Positions 49,714-60,459 of a DNA stretch of 64,000 nt are shown here, in pieces; within the stretch, counting starts at the first letter, position 1; the number at the start of each line of letters is the position of its first letter. Both the position numbers and the translations under genes were made by a program. This stretch comes from Planctomycetota bacterium (GTDB lineage Bacteria; Planctomycetota; J058; J103), in the NCBI GenBank assembly GCA_026004615.1, contig BPJM01000001.1:358733-422732 (forward strand). Reading direction: 5' to 3'. The notes under the pieces were generated by a model, which saw nothing but the letters and a program-made list of their open reading frames with translations, searched no databases and was not told the DNA's origin.

Positions 49714-51069
49714 TCAGACCACCCGTGCCCGCACCTCCTCCAGGTGCTGCTCGAGCGCCGCGCTCAGCGCGACCGGATAGGGCGGCTCGGCCGGCTCGAG
49801 CGCGCGCACGCGCTCGGGCAGCGCCTGGAGCTCGCGGCGGGCGCGCGCGCGCGCCGCCTCCAGGTCCTCGCGCCCGGCCTCGAGCACCCGGCCCCCCTCC
49901 ATCACCTTGTGCAACAGCGGCCGGCCGGGCAGTCGCTCCTCGGCGCGTGCGATCACATCCCCGAGCGCGCGGCCGCCCTCCTCGCGCCGGAACACCTGCT
50001 TGCGGCCGGGCAGGATGCGCTTGCCCGGCGCCGTCTTGAGCCGGCCTCGCCCGGCGTACTGGGTCAGCTTGTAGGCCATGTCGAACGCCGGGGCGTCCTC
50101 GGCCACCGCGAGCCGGCTGCCCACTCCGAAACCGTCGATCGGCGCGCCCGCCTCGAGCAGGCGCGCGATCTCGTACTCATCGAGCCCGCCGCTGGCGAAG
50201 ATCTGCAGGTGCCGCAGCCCCGCCGCATCGAGCATCTGCCGGGCCCGGCGGGCCAGCGCGCCGAGATCGCCCGAATCGAGCCGGATGCCGCGTACCCGCG
50301 CCCCCGGGCCGAGCTCCCGCACCAGCGCGATCACGCGCTCGACGCCCCGCAGGGTATCGTAGGTGTCGACGAGCAGCACGGCGTCGGGGTACAGGCGCAC
50401 GAAGGCGCGCAACGCCTCGCGTTCGTCCTCGTGGGCCTGGATGTAGCTGTGCCCCATGGTGCCGGTGACCGGCACCCCGTACACCCACCCCGCGAGCAGG
50501 TTGCTGCTCGCCGCCAGCCCCGCCACATGGAAGGCCCGCGCCCCCTTGAGGCCGGCGTCCGCCCCGTGCATGCGCCGCAGCCCGAAGTCCACCACCGGCC
50601 GGCCGCGCGCCGCCTCCACCAGCCGCGCCGCCTTGGAGGCGAGCGCGCTCTGCAGGTGCACCTGGTTCATGATGAGGGTCTCGACCAGCTGCGCCTCGGC
50701 GAGCGGCGCCTCCACCTCCAGGAGCGGTTCCTCGGCGAACACCGGCGTGCCCTCGAGCACCGCGTACACATCGCCGGAGAAGCGAAAGCCGCGCAACCAG
50801 TCCAGGAATCGCTCCGAGAACCGCTCCAGGCTCCCGAGATACGCGATCGCCCCCTCGCTGAAGCGCAGCTCTTCCAGCAGCGGCAGCACCGCCTGCGTCC
50901 CGCATGCCAGCACGTAGTTGCGCGTCCGGGGCAGCGCGCGCACGTGCAGGCTGAACACCGCGCGCTCGGTCATGCCCTCTTCGAGGTAGGCCTGCGCCAT
51001 CGTGAGCTGGTACAGATCGGTCAACAGCGCCAGGTTGTGCTCGCCGACCCACGGCGCGCGCTCCGCCAT
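49714..51069 (-). CDS. pncB: Nicotinate phosphoribosyltransferase
   Basis: LLTDLYQLTM, DFGLRR, GTMGHS, LVDTYDT, RLDSGD, ASGGLDE, GVGS, YKL. Confidence 0.94.
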   Translation of the reverse strand: MAERAPWVGEHNLALLTDLYQLTMAQAYLEEGMTERAVFSLHVRALPRTRNYVLACGTQAVLPLLEELRFSEGAIAYLGSLERFSERFLDWLRGFRFSGDVYAVLEGTPVFAEEPLLEVEAPLAEAQLVETLIMNQVHLQSALASKAARLVEAARGRPVVDFGLRRMHGADAGLKGARAFHVAGLAASSNLLAGWVYGVPVTGTMGHSYIQAHEDEREALRAFVRLYPDAVLLVDTYDTLRGVERVIALVRELGPGARVRGIRLDSGDLGALARRARQMLDAAGLRHLQIFASGGLDEYEIARLLEAGAPIDGFGVGSRLAVAEDAPAFDMAYKLTQYAGRGRLKTAPGKRILPGRKQVFRREEGGRALGDVIARAEERLPGRPLLHKVMEGGRVLEAGREDLEAARARARRELQALPERVRALEPAEPPYPVALSAALEQHLEEVRARVV

Positions 51070-51179
51070 GCCGCCCTCCCCTGCCGCCGCCCCGCTGGCC
51101 CACAACCGCCCGCGGCTCTGCGTGGCGGCTCGCCGCGTGCCGCTTCAGGGTACCGGCCCGGCCGCACGCAGCACAAGGT

Positions 51180-51209
51180 TTGCACCGCCCGGGGCCGGCC
51201 GGTTAGCAT
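51180..51209 (+). promoter_or_regulatory. Putative promoter TTGCAC-N18-TAGCAT for gltA
   Basis: Consensus-like boxes about 100 nt upstream of ATG 51311. Confidence 0.45.
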
Positions 51210-51310
51210 GCAGCCGATCCGGGCCGGCGGTGCTGGTTCCCCCGCGGTGGGACGGAGCCGCGCCGTACCCCGTGGCCCGCGTTCCCCACAGGCGGACCAG
51301 GAGAGCCTCC

Positions 51311-52586
<1,276 letters not shown>

Positions 52587-52618
52587 GCCGGCGGACGGCG
52601 CGCGGGGCGGCGCGCCCC

Positions 52619-54862
52619 TCAGCCCTCCGGGGGCAGGCGCCCCGGCTCGCGCGTGGGCTCCTCGCGGGCGGCTGGACCACCCGCCCCCCGGTAGTAGCGC
52701 CGGTACAGGCGGGCGGCATCCGGCCGGCCGCACAGCCGGCGCACGAGGTAGCCCGCCACCAGCCGCACGATCAGGATCGTGCGGCCCAGGCTGCCGAGCC
52801 GCCAGCGGCGGGCGGACACCAGGCTGTGGCCGAACAGGAACACCGTGCGGCCGAGCCGCCGCAGCCTGAGGCTCAGCTCCACGTCCTCCATGAGCGGCAG
52901 CGCCGGATACACCCGGCGCGCCAGCACCGGCTCGCGCCGGAAGAACTGTACCTGGTCGCCGAACGCCAGGCCCAGGTAGGCCGCGCGCAAGTCGTTGGCG
53001 AGCTCCAGCGCCCGCAGCCTGCAGCCCCGTAGATCGAACCGGGCGCCCAGCGCGCCGCCCACCACGTCCGGGTTGCGGCCCAGCAGCTGGAGCGCACGCT
53101 CCAGCTCCCCCGGCGCGAGCAGCGCATCGGCATGCACGATCGCCACCACGTCGCCCTGCGCGCGCTCCAGCCCCGCCGCGATCTGGCCGCCGCGGCCGCC
53201 GCCCCGCTCGGGCGGCAGATCGTGCACCAGCACCGCCGCGCCCGCCGCCCGTGCCCGCTCGGCGGTGCGGTCGCGCGAGCCGCCATCCACCACGATCGCC
53301 TCGCACACCGCCCGCTCGGCCAGCACCGCCCGCACGCAGGCACCGATGCGTTCCTCCTCGTCACGCGCCGGGATGACGGCGCTCACGGTGCGCGGGGGCG
53401 GCCACGGCGCGCCCGCGCGCGCGCGGCAGGCGAGCAGCCACCCCTCGCGCCCCAGCAGCAGCGCCGGCACGGCCCACACCGCCGCGTGCGCCCAGCCCGG
53501 CAGGGTGAAGGTGCCGGTGGCGAGCAGGCTCGCGTTCGCCGTGAACACGAACGCGACGCTCGCCGAGGCTGCCAGCCAGCTCGGCACCGGTCGCACCGCG
53601 ACGAACACCAGCACCCAGCTCAGGTACCAGAAGTGCACGGTCGGCAACAGCCACAGCGTAGCCCCGAGCGCGAACAGACACCCCGCGATCGGATCCCCCG
53701 CCACGGGGCTGCGCGCGCGCGCGGGGTGCAGCCGCCACACCCCCCAGCCCCAGACCGGCAGCCACAAGAGCTGGCACAGCCGGCTCGCCGGCTCGATGCC
53801 CCCGAGCGCCGCCCGCAACAGCCCGTGCACCGGTCCGTTGAAGGCGAGCTGGCCGCCGAACACCAGCAGGCTGCGGAAGACCGCCCCCCCGTCGTGCGCC
53901 ACCGCCAGCGCCAGCGGGCCGAGCGCCGCGAGCAGTGCGATCCAGGCCCAGCGCAGATTGTCGCGCCGCACCAGCAGCGGCAGGCACACCGCCGCCACGT
54001 ACTTGACCTGCACCGCGAGCCCAGCCCAGAGCCACATCCAGCCCCAGCGCCGCCGCTCGTAGGCGAGCAGCGCGCCGGCGAGCGCCGCCGCCTGCGCGGC
54101 GTCCAGGTGGCCCTCGCCGGCAAAGGCATACAGCACCACCGGGTTGAGCGCGTACAGCAGCGCCCAGCGCGCGGGCAGCCGCCGCGCCCGCAGCAGCGCG
54201 AGCACGCACCCCAGCGCCACCAGGTCGAACGCCGTGATCGCGAGCTTGACCGCCAGCGGGTGGTACCACAGCGCCCCCACCGCGGCGAACAGCGCGTGGA
54301 CCAGCGGCGGGTAGATCGCCGTCTTCTCCGGGTGGTTGATCCCCGCCCACCAGGGATCGCGCTCTGTGCCCCGCAAGGCGGTGGCCGGATCGTCCGCTGC
54401 GCCCGGGCCGCCGCCAGCGGCGGCGGCAGAGGCGGGCCGCGGCGCGTGCACGTAGGGACTGAGCCCGGCGGCGAACAACCGCCCCTCCCACAGGTAGCGG
54501 TGCACGTCGTCGGAGTGCGGATGCGGCAGCACCAGCAGCCGGCAGCCCAGCGCCAGCCCCAGCACCAGCGCCGCTTCCGCGCGCGGCGCGAGCCGGCGCG
54601 GCACGAGCAACACCGCCGCCAGGCAGAGGGCCCACTGCGCCCAGAACAGCAGCATGAAGCGGCCGGCGGGCAGTTCCCAGTCCAGCCCGAGCCAGCCCAG
54701 CGGCCGGAGCGCCCCCTCGCCGATCGGGCCGCTGCGACCGCCCGCCCAGGCCAGCCCCGCCGCCGCCACCAGCAGCAGCGCAAACCCGGCCCAGCCGCGC
54801 GCGCCCTCGCGGCCGCCCGCGCGCGGCTCCGCTTCGCTCCCTGGCCCGGGCTGCCGCGGCAT
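52619..54862 (-). CDS. Fusion: GT-C (GT87/DUF2029-like) membrane glycosyltransferase + TIGR04283-type GT2
   Basis: N-terminal part: SDDVHRYLWEG, INHP..TAIYPP, YALNP, GHLD, VKY, FNG, TVHFWY. C-terminal part: VIPARDE, VVDGGSRD, GRGGQ, VHAD, FGDQ, PLMEDV, SARRW. Confidence 0.85.
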   Translation of the reverse strand: MPRQPGPGSEAEPRAGGREGARGWAGFALLLVAAAGLAWAGGRSGPIGEGALRPLGWLGLDWELPAGRFMLLFWAQWALCLAAVLLVPRRLAPRAEAALVLGLALGCRLLVLPHPHSDDVHRYLWEGRLFAAGLSPYVHAPRPASAAAAGGGPGAADDPATALRGTERDPWWAGINHPEKTAIYPPLVHALFAAVGALWYHPLAVKLAITAFDLVALGCVLALLRARRLPARWALLYALNPVVLYAFAGEGHLDAAQAAALAGALLAYERRRWGWMWLWAGLAVQVKYVAAVCLPLLVRRDNLRWAWIALLAALGPLALAVAHDGGAVFRSLLVFGGQLAFNGPVHGLLRAALGGIEPASRLCQLLWLPVWGWGVWRLHPARARSPVAGDPIAGCLFALGATLWLLPTVHFWYLSWVLVFVAVRPVPSWLAASASVAFVFTANASLLATGTFTLPGWAHAAVWAVPALLLGREGWLLACRARAGAPWPPPRTVSAVIPARDEEERIGACVRAVLAERAVCEAIVVDGGSRDRTAERARAAGAAVLVHDLPPERGGGRGGQIAAGLERAQGDVVAIVHADALLAPGELERALQLLGRNPDVVGGALGARFDLRGCRLRALELANDLRAAYLGLAFGDQVQFFRREPVLARRVYPALPLMEDVELSLRLRRLGRTVFLFGHSLVSARRWRLGSLGRTILIVRLVAGYLVRRLCGRPDAARLYRRYYRGAGGPAAREEPTREPGRLPPEG

Positions 54863-54881
54863 GGCGGCGTCCCGGCGCGCC

Positions 54882-57668
54882 TCAGCCCTCGCCCGCGGCC
54901 GGTTCGGCCTCGGGCGGCGGCAGCAGGACGACGCGGGTCTCGGCCGCCGCCGCCACCAGCGAGCCGGCGCCGGCACGCGCGAGCAGGGCCGGCGCCTCGT
55001 GGCGCTGGCCATCGCGGGCGAGCGCCCCGGTGACGACGAAGACGAACCCCGCGCCGGCCTCCACCGGCTCGGCTGCGGCCAGCTCCCGCAGCTCGCCGCG
55101 CGCGAACCACCCCAGCCGCTCGTCGTGGCCGAGGTGGCGCCAGCGTGCGAGCTGGCGCAGGTGGTTGTCGAACTGCCGGCGCGCGAACGTCTGCCAGACC
55201 CCGCGCCGCAGCGCCGGCTGCTCGGCGAGCAGCCGGTGGAAGTCCGCGCGCGCGATCTCACCGGCCGTCACCGTGGTCGCCGCCCGCACGGTGGCGGTGC
55301 GGGGCGCTCCGGTCAACAGCGCCATCTCGCCGACGATGTCGCCGCCGCCGAGCACATCCAGCACCTCCTCCTCGCCGCCGCGCTCCAGCACCACCAGGCA
55401 CGCCCCGCGCGCGATCACGAACATGCTCTCGCCGCGCTCGCCTTCGCGGACGAGCACCTCGCCCGGCGCGAACACGCGCTCGGCGGTGAGCACCGCCAGC
55501 GCCGCGATCGCCGCGTCGTCCAGCTCGCGGAACAGCGGTGCCGAGCGCACCAGCTCCGCCGTCTCCGGCAGCTCGACCGAGCGCGCGCTGAAGCGCAGCG
55601 CCTTCATGCGGCGCTCGACCGCGGCCAGTGCCTCTGCCGCCGCCGCGTGGTCCATGGCGCCGCGGCGCTCCAGCTCCTCCAGCTTGTCGCGTTCGAAGTT
55701 GAGCTGGATGCGGCGCGCGAGCCGCGTCTCGATCGCCTGCGTCACCTCCGGCAGGTGCACGCGCAGATCCTCGAGCTGCTCTTTGGCCGCGCGCAGGTAG
55801 CGGCGGTAGGTCCGGCGCGCCTGGGCGCGGACCTCGGGGTCGATGTCCTCGAGCTCCTCCAGCCCCGCCAGCACCTGTTCGGCGGCCAGGCTCTCGCCCC
55901 GCGCCAGGTCGTAGCGGAGCTCCAGCACCGCGAAGCCGAGCCGGCCCAGCCGGCGCCCGGGCCGCTCCAGCCGGCGCGCCAGCCCTGCCCGCAGCCCGGT
56001 CAACTCCGGGCTGCGGCGGGCCGGCGGGCTGTCATCGCCCCGTTCCAGCCGGTCGAGCTGCAGATCGATCTCGTGGTCCAGGATCCTGGCCGCCCAGGCG
56101 CTGAGGGTGCCCTCGGCGAAGGCGCTCCAGTAGGCCTGCCGCTCCATGTTCAACACCTGCCGCCAGTAGCCGCGCCGCCGCTCGGCCGGCGGCGCCCGGT
56201 CGAGCTCCTGGCGTGTGTGCGCGAGCTCGCGCGCCAGCTCGCGCTGCCGCTCGGCGAGCTCCTGTTCCACGCTCCGCCAGTCCACCGCCCGCAGATCGCG
56301 CGCGCCCGAGACCCGCTGGATCTGCTGCCCCACGTGCTGCAGCACCGCCTCGTGCGCCGCCAGCACCGCCAGCCGCTCGCCCGCCGGCGGGCGGTCGAAG
56401 CCGAGCCGCCGCAGCAGCGCCGCCATGCTCGAGCCGTTGACCAGGATCGTCAGCAGCACCGCGCCGGCGGTGGCAAACAGGATCTGGCGGCCGAGCGGGG
56501 GACCCAGCGCGGTGCTCGCCCAGAGCGCGAGCGCGAGCGAGACCGCACCCCGTAGCCCGCCCCAGGCGATGACGCTCGCCTCGGCCGGCCCGATCGGCGC
56601 GCCGGTCCGGTTCATGAGCGGCAGCGCGCCGAACACCAGCGCGAAGCGGATCGCCACCAGACCGCAGAAGATCGCCAGCACCACCACCAGCTCCAGCGGC
56701 GAGGCCTCGTGCAGCTGCGTGGCGATGACCAGCCCGACCAGGAAGAAGATGAGCGTGTTGGCGACGTACGACAGCATCTCCCAGAAGCGGTGCAGGAAGT
56801 GTGACACCTCGGGGCTGATGTGGGTCCGCCCCGGGCCGGCCAGCCACAGCCCGGCTGTCACCACCGCCATGACGCCGGAGACATGCGCCATGCCCTCGGC
56901 GAGCACCATCGCCAGGTAGGCGAGCACCACCGTGAGGCTGATCTCCAGCAGCGGATCGTTGAACGTGCGCGACAGCCACGCCGAGACCGCAGCCGCGAGC
57001 CCGAGTCCGACCGCCACCCCGCCCGTCACCACCCACGCGAACTCGCCGAGCGCGCCGAGCCAACTGATCCCATCTGTGGTCCCGGTGGCGAGCCCGAGCA
57101 GGACCGTGAAGGCGACGATCGCGGTGCCGTCGTTGAGCAGGGATTCACCCTCGATGAGGACGCCGAGCCGCTTCGGCGCGCCGAGCTCGCGCAGCAGCCC
57201 CACCACCGCCACCGGATCGGTGGCGCTCATGAGCGCTCCGAACACCAGCGCCGCCCCCCAGCCCCACGACCAGCCGCACAGCGAGCTCAGGCCCACCGCG
57301 AGCGCCCCGATCGCGAAGGTACTGGCGAGCAGCACCGGTCCGGCCAGCACCGCCACCGGCCCCAGGTTCATGCGGAAGGCGTGGACCTCCAGGGCGAACG
57401 CCGACTCGAAGATCAGCGCCGGCAGGAAGACGAAGACGATGAGGTCCTTTTCCAGCTCGCTGCCCCGGGCGAGGTAGCGCGCGAACTGGCCGAGCGGACC
57501 GCCATCGGCCCCCAGCGCCTGGATGCCGAGCCCGACCCCGAGCCCCAGCACCAGCATCGCGATCGTGTAGGGCAGGCCGAGCCGCGGCGCCACCACCCGC
57601 GCCAGCGCCCCGGCGGCGAGCGTGAAGCAGATGATAAAGACGATCGCCAGCTCGACGCCGTGCTCCAT
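54882..57668 (-). CDS. CPA1 Na+/H+ antiporter with helical domain and cyclic-nucleotide-binding domain (SOS1/SLC9C-like)
   Basis: FLPALIFESA, SATDPVAV, EGESLLNDG, WGGLRGAVSLAL, VNGSSM; ERQAYW..GTL helical region; GEMALLTGAPRTATV phosphate-binding cassette. Confidence 0.88.
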   Translation of the reverse strand: MEHGVELAIVFIICFTLAAGALARVVAPRLGLPYTIAMLVLGLGVGLGIQALGADGGPLGQFARYLARGSELEKDLIVFVFLPALIFESAFALEVHAFRMNLGPVAVLAGPVLLASTFAIGALAVGLSSLCGWSWGWGAALVFGALMSATDPVAVVGLLRELGAPKRLGVLIEGESLLNDGTAIVAFTVLLGLATGTTDGISWLGALGEFAWVVTGGVAVGLGLAAAVSAWLSRTFNDPLLEISLTVVLAYLAMVLAEGMAHVSGVMAVVTAGLWLAGPGRTHISPEVSHFLHRFWEMLSYVANTLIFFLVGLVIATQLHEASPLELVVVLAIFCGLVAIRFALVFGALPLMNRTGAPIGPAEASVIAWGGLRGAVSLALALWASTALGPPLGRQILFATAGAVLLTILVNGSSMAALLRRLGFDRPPAGERLAVLAAHEAVLQHVGQQIQRVSGARDLRAVDWRSVEQELAERQRELARELAHTRQELDRAPPAERRRGYWRQVLNMERQAYWSAFAEGTLSAWAARILDHEIDLQLDRLERGDDSPPARRSPELTGLRAGLARRLERPGRRLGRLGFAVLELRYDLARGESLAAEQVLAGLEELEDIDPEVRAQARRTYRRYLRAAKEQLEDLRVHLPEVTQAIETRLARRIQLNFERDKLEELERRGAMDHAAAAEALAAVERRMKALRFSARSVELPETAELVRSAPLFRELDDAAIAALAVLTAERVFAPGEVLVREGERGESMFVIARGACLVVLERGGEEEVLDVLGGGDIVGEMALLTGAPRTATVRAATTVTAGEIARADFHRLLAEQPALRRGVWQTFARRQFDNHLRQLARWRHLGHDERLGWFARGELRELAAAEPVEAGAGFVFVVTGALARDGQRHEAPALLARAGAGSLVAAAAETRVVLLPPPEAEPAAGEG

Positions 57669-58025
57669 GACCTCTCTCTCCGGCCGGGCGCCGGCGCGGG
57701 CCGCTCCGGCACCCGCCCGACAGCTCGCGCGGGCCGACCCTACCCCCGCGCCGGGCCGCTGTCCACCGAATGGCCGCAGCAGGCTCCGTTCCGGAGGCGC
57801 TAGGTGCTTTCGCGCAAGCCGGGTTCGAGAAGCGCGAGCGCCCGCGCTGGCCCGACCGCACACCCGCCCATGGAACTCCGGCGGGGCTCGTCCCGCAGCG
57901 AGCTGTCCCGCCACCCCAGCCGCCGCCGCGCGGCACCGCTCGGCTGCGCTGCGGTGCTGCCTTCGCCGCCGCGCCGCGGAGCTGCTACGATAGAGCCTCC
58001 TCGGGCCCAGGACGGAGCACGCAGC

Positions 58026-58811
58026 GTGATCGAGGTCCGCGAGCTGAGCAAGATCTATCGGGCCGGGCGCGGCCGCCGCGTCGTGGCGCTCGAGCGGGTG
58101 AGCTTCACCTGCCGGCCGGGCGAGGTCTACGGGCTGCTCGGACCCAACGGCGCGGGCAAGACGACGGCGCTGCGCGTGCTCGCGACCGCGCTCGCCCCCA
58201 GCGCGGGCACGGCGGCGATCGATGGCCTGGACATCGCGCGCGAGCCGGATGCGGTGCGCCGGCGGCTGGGCTTTCTCTCCGCGACGACGGGGCTGTACGG
58301 CCGGCTCACGGCGCGCGAGATGGTGCAGTACTTCGGGCGGCTGTACGGCATGTCCCGCGCCGAAGTGGCGCGCCGCACCGCCGAGCTGTTCGCGGCGCTC
58401 GGCATGAGCGGGTTTGCCGATCGGCGTTGCGACGCGCTGTCGACCGGGATGAAGCAGAAGGTCGGCATCGCGCGCACGCTGGTGCACGACCCGCCGGTGC
58501 TCATCCTGGATGAGCCGACCGCGGGCCTCGATGTCCTGACCGCGCGCGCCATCGTGGAGCTGGTGCGGCGCTGCCGCGCCGAGGGCAAGTGCGTGCTGTT
58601 TTCGACCCACGACATGGCGGAGGCGCAGAAGCTCTGCGACCGCATCGGCATCCTGCACCGCGGCCGGCTGTGGGCCGAGGGCACGGTCGCCGAGATCCTG
58701 GCCCGCGCCGGCACCAGCGAGCTGGAGGAGGCATTCCTGCGGCTGACCGGCGCTGCGAGCGAGCCGGCCGGTGAGGCGGGCGGCACGGCGGCGGAGGCGG
58801 TGGCGTCGTGA
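58026..58811 (+). CDS. natA: ABC ATPase, NatA-like
   Basis: [37 protein letters not shown]; GTG start. Confidence 0.82.
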   Translation: MIEVRELSKIYRAGRGRRVVALERVSFTCRPGEVYGLLGPNGAGKTTALRVLATALAPSAGTAAIDGLDIAREPDAVRRRLGFLSATTGLYGRLTAREMVQYFGRLYGMSRAEVARRTAELFAALGMSGFADRRCDALSTGMKQKVGIARTLVHDPPVLILDEPTAGLDVLTARAIVELVRRCRAEGKCVLFSTHDMAEAQKLCDRIGILHRGRLWAEGTVAEILARAGTSELEEAFLRLTGAASEPAGEAGGTAAEAVAS

Positions 58812-60379
58812 ACCCGCGCAACGTCGCCATCGTGTTCGGCAAGGAGGTGCTGGACATCGTGCGCGACCGGCGCACGCTCCTGTTCATGGTGCTCCTGCCG
58901 ATCGCGATCATCCCGCTGCTGGTGCTGGTGCTGGGCAAGGTGACCGAAGCCGGGATCGAACGGCTCGAGCGCACGCCCTCGCGGGTGGCGCTGCTCGGCG
59001 AGCGGTGGGCGCCCGTGCCGGTGCTGGAGCTGCTGCGCCACCTGGAGGATCCCGAGGCCGCCGGCCGCTGGCTGGCCGCCCAGCTCGCCGGCGGCGCGCC
59101 CCACCCGTTCGTGGCGGGGCTGCTCATGCCCGATGCGGATGCCCAGCCCGGCCTGGCAGGCGCGCCCGTGGGTCCGCGCGGTGGCGGCACGGGCGAGGAG
59201 CAGGCCGGGCCGGTGCTGGAGCGCGCCCGCCGGCTGCGGCTGTTGCGGGTGGTGGCGCTCGAGGTGCGCAGCCCCGTGCTCGCGCGCGCGCTCGCGCAGG
59301 CACCCGCAGAGCTGCTCGATCCGCAGGCGCTGGCACCGGCGCCCGGCGGCGGGTCTGCGGCCGGGCCGCACGCGGCGGCGGAGCCCGCGCCGCCCGCCGG
59401 CGGCGCCGAGCCGGCAGCCGCCGAGCTCTCCCCGGCGCTGCTGGCCCGCGCGCGGCAGGAGCTCTGCGCCGAGGCCGCCGCCGCGATCGAGCAGGGCCGG
59501 CTCGATGCGGTGCTCATCTTCCACCCGGGGTTTGCCGAGGCGCTCGAGCGCGGGTACGGGGCGCGCTACACGGTGCTGGTCGACGAGGCGCAGGACCGCT
59601 CGAGCATCGCCCGCAACAAGATCGAGGCGTTGTTCGAGCGCGGCGCCCGCGGGGTCACCCGCGCCCAGCTGGTGCGCGCCGGCCTGGACCCCGAGGTCCT
59701 GCAGCCGGTGCGCGGCCAGGTGCGCAACGTCGGCCGCGAGCGCAACCTCTTGGCACTCTTCCTGCCCTACCTGGTCATCATCATGTGCTTCAGCGGCGCG
59801 CTCTACCCGGCGATCGACCTCGGGGCGGGCGAGAAGGAGCGCGGCACGCTGGAGACCCTGCTGCTCACCCCGGCCCGCCGTAGCGAGCTGGTCGCCGGCA
59901 AGTTCCTGGTCGTGCTGCTGGCGGGGCTGCTCGCTGCCGCGCTGAACGTGGCGAGCCTGAGCCTGACCCTGGCCAGCGGCTGGGCGGAGGCGCGCGGCAT
60001 CGCGCTGGTGTTCGAGCCGCTGGCCGCGGTGCTGACGGTGCTGCTCATGGTGCCGACCGCGGCCATCTTCGCGGCGCTGCTGCTGGCGATCTCGGTGTAC
60101 GCGCGCAGCTTCCGCGAGGCGCAGAGCTATGCGGTGCCGCTCAACTTCCTGGTCATCGTGCCGGCGTTCTTCTCCATGATCCCCGGTTTCGAGCTCGACC
60201 CGATCCTGGCGCTGGTGCCGGTGCTGAACGTGACACTGGCCCTCAAGGAGATCTGGACGGGTACCGTCCAGGCAGGAATGCTGGCGCTCATCTTCGCCTC
60301 CACCGCCGCCTATGCCGCGGTGGCGATCCTGGCCTGCGCCGCCTGGTTCCGCCGCGAGTCGGTGCTGTTCCGCGCCTGA
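58808..60379 (+). CDS. natB: ABC-2 permease, NatB-like, with an Ala/Pro-rich insertion
   Basis: [51 protein letters not shown]. Confidence 0.82.
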   Translation: MNPRNVAIVFGKEVLDIVRDRRTLLFMVLLPIAIIPLLVLVLGKVTEAGIERLERTPSRVALLGERWAPVPVLELLRHLEDPEAAGRWLAAQLAGGAPHPFVAGLLMPDADAQPGLAGAPVGPRGGGTGEEQAGPVLERARRLRLLRVVALEVRSPVLARALAQAPAELLDPQALAPAPGGGSAAGPHAAAEPAPPAGGAEPAAAELSPALLARARQELCAEAAAAIEQGRLDAVLIFHPGFAEALERGYGARYTVLVDEAQDRSSIARNKIEALFERGARGVTRAQLVRAGLDPEVLQPVRGQVRNVGRERNLLALFLPYLVIIMCFSGALYPAIDLGAGEKERGTLETLLLTPARRSELVAGKFLVVLLAGLLAAALNVASLSLTLASGWAEARGIALVFEPLAAVLTVLLMVPTAAIFAALLLAISVYARSFREAQSYAVPLNFLVIVPAFFSMIPGFELDPILALVPVLNVTLALKEIWTGTVQAGMLALIFASTAAYAAVAILACAAWFRRESVLFRA

Positions 60380-60459
60380 ACGGACGCTGCAGCCAGCGCG
60401 GTGCATGCATGGCCTCCAGCAGGTGCTCGCCTTTGCCTGCCGCAACGTTGCTTGGCTCC

